Source: a virus
Taxonomy: Duplodnaviria; Caudoviricetes
Length of the DNA: 31,433 nucleotides
Strand: one strand, 5' to 3'
IMG/VR virus record: IMGVR_UViG_3300022666_000341
Coordinates: 1 to 31,433 of that record
Below, piece by piece: positions 26,635-31,433 of the stretch; the stretch's first letter is position 1, and every line of letters starts with the position of its first letter. The notes beneath the pieces were generated by a model that had not been told where the DNA came from, did no database searches, and was given only the letters and a program-made list of their open reading frames with translations. The position numbers were made by a program, and so were the translations under genes.

Positions 26635-29483
26635 TGCCTGACCTAACTTTCAAACTCATCCTCGTCACTGACGATGCCAATGTCAAGCTTGCCGAAGTCA
26701 AGCAGGAGGCACAGTCCGCCCAATCTGTGGTGGAGAAGCCTGTTTCGGTTAAGCTATCGGCAGAACAAGCATTAGCTACTATTAGAGATGTGAAGATTGC
26801 TGTCGATGGAGTGATCCAGGTAGTCGGTGGTCTGGTGCGTTCGATGAATGGACTGTTGGATGCTTCTTTGGGTCAGCGGCAGTCGTTCAAGCTGGCTTCT
26901 ATAGCCTTTGGAGAAGCAGCATCTGAGATGAGTAAGTTCGCTTCCTCGATGCAGGAAGTGACCAACTTCGAGGATGATCAGCTGCTGGCTCTGATGTCCA
27001 AACTGTCCCAGACCTTCAAACTGAACAAGGATGAGATACAACAGCTTGTGCCATTACTCCTGGACTTTACTGAAGCCAATAAAGCTACCGGAATGAGTTT
27101 GGAATCAGCCTTTGACCTCATGGGTCGTGCCCTGAACGGACACACCGAGATGTTAGGCAGATATGGTATCGAGCTTGATGATACCCGGCTTAAGACCGAA
27201 GGTGTATCTTATCTAGTCGAGAAGCTGGGTGAGGACTATGGCGGAACTGCTACTGCCCTGGCTGATCTGCGTCTGCAGAATGCCAATGCCTGGGGAGATA
27301 TCCAGGAGACTGTAGGCGATATGCTGACAGTCCTGATTAATCCTTTGTTGTCTGGTCTGCGGTGGCTGATGGATGCCTATCAGAGCCTGTCTCCGGTCAT
27401 GCAAGGTTTCGTTGCTGGGATCGTGATAGCTTTACCTTTGATTGGCACTATTACTACTGCGATCACTGCTCTGACTGCTGCCTACCATGCGCTGCGTGTA
27501 GCCATGAACCCGGTGGCAGGAATCATTGGAGTTGCGGTGGGTGCTCTGTCTGCACTGGGACTGGGACTGGCAGCAGCTTCGGTCAAGACTGATGCTGTTA
27601 CAACTGCTCAGAAGTCCATGAACGATGAGATCAAAGACTGTGGAAAGCAGGTGTCAGTGGAGGCCGAGAAGTTCTCTCTCCTGGCTAATCGGCTCTTGGA
27701 ACTGCGCTCACAGACCACCCTTGCCAATGCCGATAAAACCGAGATGAAGAACATCATCAGGTCACTTAATGAAAACTACTCGGAATACATAGGCAATATC
27801 AACCTCGAGACTTCATCCTACAATAACCTGGCAACTGCTTTGCGTAACGCTTCAGATGCCCTGGTGCAGAAGAAGATAGCCGAGGTCTATGGAGAGAAGT
27901 ATAATGCTCAGATCAGGAAGGTAGCCGAACTGCAAATCCAGATCGACTCTCAACAGGCTGAGGTGGACAGGGTCCGCGCCCGTAAACAGCAGTTGATGAA
28001 CTCAGTCGACTGGGAGTTTCTGACCAGTGACCGCAATGCCATGGGCTTCAATCCTGCTACCTACTTCGGTAATGATGGAGAGTGGCTCAAGTTAGAAAGA
28101 CGGCTCAACCAGTTCAGTGCTTTGCATGGACAATTGAGAGCTGCTAAGAGCGACCTGCAACAGATAGGTGCCGCATATCGCCAAGCTATGCTTGATGCTC
28201 CCGACCTGACCTTTACTCCGACCTCAGGTTCTGGTGGCGGTGGAAGTAATGCAGGCAATGACTATGATGAGCGTCAGCGTAAACTGGAGCAGTTGGCTCA
28301 ACTGCAGCAGAGATATGATACCCTGGCAATAGACGACCTGGTTGCCCGTAAGCAGCGTGAGTTGGAGATTGAGCGGGATGCTGAACTTGCCAAGGCTCAG
28401 TCGCTCGGAGCCTCAGAGACTCTACTTCAATCCATCAGGGATCACTATGCCGATGAGTCAGTCAGGGTGGCAACTGAAGCTGCCGATGCCCGAACCAAGA
28501 AACTGGAAGCGGAAGCTCAGGAAGCCAAGCGCATAGCCGAAGCCACTGCCCGGGAACAGCAACGCCTGGCAGAAGAGGAACAGCGTAGGCAGGAGGAGCT
28601 GGCAGATACCCGGTATGAGTTTGTGAATCGTGGTTTGGAGTTGACTGGCAATACTTATGAGGCAGAGCTTAGGGCTATCGACCAGTATTATGCCAAGCGC
28701 AGGGAGAAGCTGCTTGCTGCCGGCTTTACCGAACAGCAGATCACTCAACAGACCGAGATGGCTAAGTCCAGGATCAGAGACCAGTATGACCAGAAGCACT
28801 TTGAAGGCGTATCTCAGATGCTGGGTAACCTGGCAAAGGCAACCGAGGTATTCGGAAAGAAAGGCTTTGCCCTCTGGAAGACCCTTGCCGTAGCCCAAGC
28901 TATGATGGATACTTATTCATCAGCTACTGCAGCTTACAAGGCAATGGTGGGTATCCCGGTCGTAGGACCCGGTCTGGCGGTTGCTGCTGCCGCTGCTGCA
29001 GTGGCGGCTGGTCTTGCCAATGTAGCGGTGATCTCTAGCACTGAACCACCAAAGGCAGCCACTGGTGGTCTCTTAGTAGGTAAGTCCCATATTGAAGGTG
29101 GTATCCTGATTGAAGCCGAAGGTGAGGAGTATATCACCGCCAAGGACAGGGTCAAGGCACTGGGCAGGAACCTCTTCGACTTCCTCAACTTTGCTCCCAT
29201 CGAATCGGTGAAGCTTGCCTTTGCCGGGATGCCAGTTCCATCAGTGCCTATTCCTGCCAACATCGGCTCATATTACGCATCAGGTGGCGGTATAAGTGGA
29301 AGTGGTAGTATAACTGCGCTGCTCAATATAATGAGCGAAATGCGGGATCAGATGATAACCCTTACCGAGAAGGTTATGGAGTCCAAACCTGTCTTTGACA
29401 TCCATGTCGATCCCTTATCCAATGACCCGGTTAAGGTATCCCAGATAGCCGATACGGGTAAGCTGATTAGGAGTGAAGTGTAG
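26634..29483 (+). CDS. Tail tape measure protein (949 aa)
   Basis: Long Ala-rich helical protein with hydrophobic segments and coiled coils; C-terminal ATGG...GKSHIEGG...EAEGEEYI motif; TAATG coupling. Confidence 0.9.
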   Translation: MPDLTFKLILVTDDANVKLAEVKQEAQSAQSVVEKPVSVKLSAEQALATIRDVKIAVDGVIQVVGGLVRSMNGLLDASLGQRQSFKLASIAFGEAASEMSKFASSMQEVTNFEDDQLLALMSKLSQTFKLNKDEIQQLVPLLLDFTEANKATGMSLESAFDLMGRALNGHTEMLGRYGIELDDTRLKTEGVSYLVEKLGEDYGGTATALADLRLQNANAWGDIQETVGDMLTVLINPLLSGLRWLMDAYQSLSPVMQGFVAGIVIALPLIGTITTAITALTAAYHALRVAMNPVAGIIGVAVGALSALGLGLAAASVKTDAVTTAQKSMNDEIKDCGKQVSVEAEKFSLLANRLLELRSQTTLANADKTEMKNIIRSLNENYSEYIGNINLETSSYNNLATALRNASDALVQKKIAEVYGEKYNAQIRKVAELQIQIDSQQAEVDRVRARKQQLMNSVDWEFLTSDRNAMGFNPATYFGNDGEWLKLERRLNQFSALHGQLRAAKSDLQQIGAAYRQAMLDAPDLTFTPTSGSGGGGSNAGNDYDERQRKLEQLAQLQQRYDTLAIDDLVARKQRELEIERDAELAKAQSLGASETLLQSIRDHYADESVRVATEAADARTKKLEAEAQEAKRIAEATAREQQRLAEEEQRRQEELADTRYEFVNRGLELTGNTYEAELRAIDQYYAKRREKLLAAGFTEQQITQQTEMAKSRIRDQYDQKHFEGVSQMLGNLAKATEVFGKKGFALWKTLAVAQAMMDTYSSATAAYKAMVGIPVVGPGLAVAAAAAAVAAGLANVAVISSTEPPKAATGGLLVGKSHIEGGILIEAEGEEYITAKDRVKALGRNLFDFLNFAPIESVKLAFAGMPVPSVPIPANIGSYYASGGGISGSGSITALLNIMSEMRDQMITLTEKVMESKPVFDIHVDPLSNDPVKVSQIADTGKLIRSEV

Positions 29484-29505
29484 AGTATGATATTGTGGGA
29501 TTACT

Positions 29506-30993
29506 ATGTCTAATTTATTCAGAATAGACTTTGTTCAGGGCAAGACCGATGCGATGGACTATAACCAGGTCAAGCACAGCCTGATCGATACTGCCACCAA
29601 TAGAGCTATCATCACTCTGTCTGTATCTGGCGATAAGCTTCAAGCAGTATCCAACTATTCCAGAGAACCTAAACGGCTCATCTTCGAGTGTTTCCCCACT
29701 ACCTGGATACAGAACAACATCCTCTCAGGATCAAACGAGCATGAGCGTTACATCTCACACTTTGAAGTGAAGGTCTATCGGGATAATCTGCTGTTCTTTA
29801 CGGGGATCATAGACACATCTCAACTATCTTTCGATGTCAGCACCGGCATCCTCAAGTTCACCTGTTATGACAAGATCAAGCTGTTGTCTGTCTTTTCCGA
29901 TCTCACTCACTACTATTCGCTTACAGCAGGTTATCAGCCGATCTGGATACTGGGTTACTTCCTACAGGATATTGAGCAGAAGATACCTGTCTCCATACCC
30001 TACACTAATCAGTTCACTTTGCCGACTCTGAACATCCCTATGGGTGAAGCTCTGACCATAGTCCATGTTGACTTTGATGACCTGCTTGCCTTTCCCAATC
30101 CTCCCGGAGGCTGGACCTACTCCTATCACAATTCAGGCTGGCCGGGTCCTTATTGGGGATATCTCATCGATACGCCCGGAAACAAGGTTACCTTCGCCTT
30201 TGCCTATAAGAAGGTGATCCAGGCTACCTATCCCAGTCCGGCTGCCACCCGATATCAAGGCAGGTTCAGAGGAAAGGTCTTCCGTTTCTATAATGGTATC
30301 TGCCCGGTAGTAGCTGAGTATGATGAGAAGACCGACTGGGTGGAAGACCTCACTTCCTTAGACAATGCTTATAACGAGTTCCTCAGCTTCTTTACCGATA
30401 ATGGCATCACCAGCAATACTCTCTTCACGGGACTCAGCAGTACCGGCTCTCTGGATGGCAGAAGCTATGGTAGCGGTCATTATGTCAATCACTGGATCGA
30501 AGCTCACTGTCATGGCAATATCTTTCCCAGCCGTATCCAACCCGGCAAGTCCTATGAGACCAGTCAGTCAGAGCAGACCGATAACCTCAAAGTCCTGCAA
30601 GCCATGCTGATGTTCTACAATGCCACCATCTTCACCAATACAGCCGGACAGATCATACTCAAGAACAAGGATGCCTATTCCTCTGCTATAATAGACATAG
30701 CAGACGATGATGTGGTGTCCTTCATAACCAAGCGTGGCAATCAGGAGAAGCCGGAGATCAAGACCATCGATGTCCTGGCAGGAGATACTACCCAACTTCA
30801 GGGTATAATCAAAGACTACCTGATCGGCTTCTATGACTCCAAGTGGAGCCTGGAAACAAACATCGACCAGTTATCCAAATACAGCCTATCCATCCAGTCT
30901 AAGATTAGGATAAGAAACCTGGTCTATGCAATAACTGAACTGGAGCGGGATTACATAAATGATGAATATAAGGTGAAAGCATGGCTGCTATGA
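29506..30993 (+). CDS. Putative tail tip/hub protein (495 aa)
   Basis: Follows the tape measure gene; VKVYRDNLLFFTGII...LKFTCYDKIKLL pattern typical of tail hub proteins. Confidence 0.6.
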   Translation: MSNLFRIDFVQGKTDAMDYNQVKHSLIDTATNRAIITLSVSGDKLQAVSNYSREPKRLIFECFPTTWIQNNILSGSNEHERYISHFEVKVYRDNLLFFTGIIDTSQLSFDVSTGILKFTCYDKIKLLSVFSDLTHYYSLTAGYQPIWILGYFLQDIEQKIPVSIPYTNQFTLPTLNIPMGEALTIVHVDFDDLLAFPNPPGGWTYSYHNSGWPGPYWGYLIDTPGNKVTFAFAYKKVIQATYPSPAATRYQGRFRGKVFRFYNGICPVVAEYDEKTDWVEDLTSLDNAYNEFLSFFTDNGITSNTLFTGLSSTGSLDGRSYGSGHYVNHWIEAHCHGNIFPSRIQPGKSYETSQSEQTDNLKVLQAMLMFYNATIFTNTAGQIILKNKDAYSSAIIDIADDDVVSFITKRGNQEKPEIKTIDVLAGDTTQLQGIIKDYLIGFYDSKWSLETNIDQLSKYSLSIQSKIRIRNLVYAITELERDYINDEYKVKAWLL

Positions 30994-31433
30994 AGGGCTG
31001 GAGACTGATCCGGCAGACACCCCAATCCGTTAACTACTTCAACTGCTCCAACGGGCAGGTAGAGTACTCTCCCAAGCGTAAGTACAGGATAGAGAAGCGG
31101 AATGCCTTTGATCCTTCCAAACTCACTCAGAGAGAAGAATATAGAGAAGACTCTTTCGACCTGCAGGCAGTGCTCAATCCTGATGAGTACTACACCCTGA
31201 TGAGCTTCATAACCGCAACAGGTAATCTCTATCTGGAATACAATGCCTACAATGAGATCAGAAGCCAGTTCCCGGTCACAGTATCCCAGTTCCCCAAGTG
31301 TCCGGACGATCTGCACGACTTTCCCGAAAAGGTGAAGTTCTCACTTGAATCCAGATACATCGGATCACCAGGCTACATAGACTTCGGAATCATCATCATC
31401 GAGGACGATGGCGATGATATCACTTCAAGTTAG
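30981..31433 (+). CDS. Hypothetical tail-region protein (distal tail-like); start 30981 or 30990
   Basis: Overlaps the previous stop (ATGA at 30990); complete ORF ending in TAG 31433; function inferred from position only. Confidence 0.55.
   Translation: MAAMKGWRLIRQTPQSVNYFNCSNGQVEYSPKRKYRIEKRNAFDPSKLTQREEYREDSFDLQAVLNPDEYYTLMSFITATGNLYLEYNAYNEIRSQFPVTVSQFPKCPDDLHDFPEKVKFSLESRYIGSPGYIDFGIIIIEDDGDDITSS

Larger units (their letters stand above)
1..31433 (+). mobile_element. Mu-like transposable (pro)phage, partial; ends not in window
   Basis: Adjacent MuA-like DDE transposase and MuB-like ATPase, GemA-like and DUF3164-like genes, terminase, gpF, portal, capsid and tape measure, all co-oriented and tightly packed. 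Confidence 0.95.

Overview
The window is an internal part of a Mu-like transposable prophage, with every supported gene on the + strand; neither phage end nor the repressor is visible. The order is: an operator-like array of TGTGACAAT inverted repeats, an HTH gene, MuA-like DDE transposase, MuB-like ATPase, GemA-like, DUF3164-like and HTH genes, small and large terminase, and a gpF/SPP1-gp7-like head protein. A ~9.8 kb AT-rich cargo island follows, encoding a four-gene BREX type 4-like system: BrxP (PAPS reductase + 4Fe-4S + DUF4007-like), BrxC ATPase, PglZ, and a BrxL lacking a Lon domain, closed by a strong terminator. The late operon then carries lysozyme, neck genes, portal, a fused protease-major capsid gene, a signal-peptide protein, holin-like genes, probable tail tube, a tail assembly chaperone with a -1 frameshift, two tandem N6-adenine methyltransferases, tape measure and tail proteins. 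The most notable point is a transposable phage carrying both a probable DNA phosphorothioation/BREX-4 cassette and two late m6A methyltransferases. All family calls come from motif recognition by eye, not database searches.
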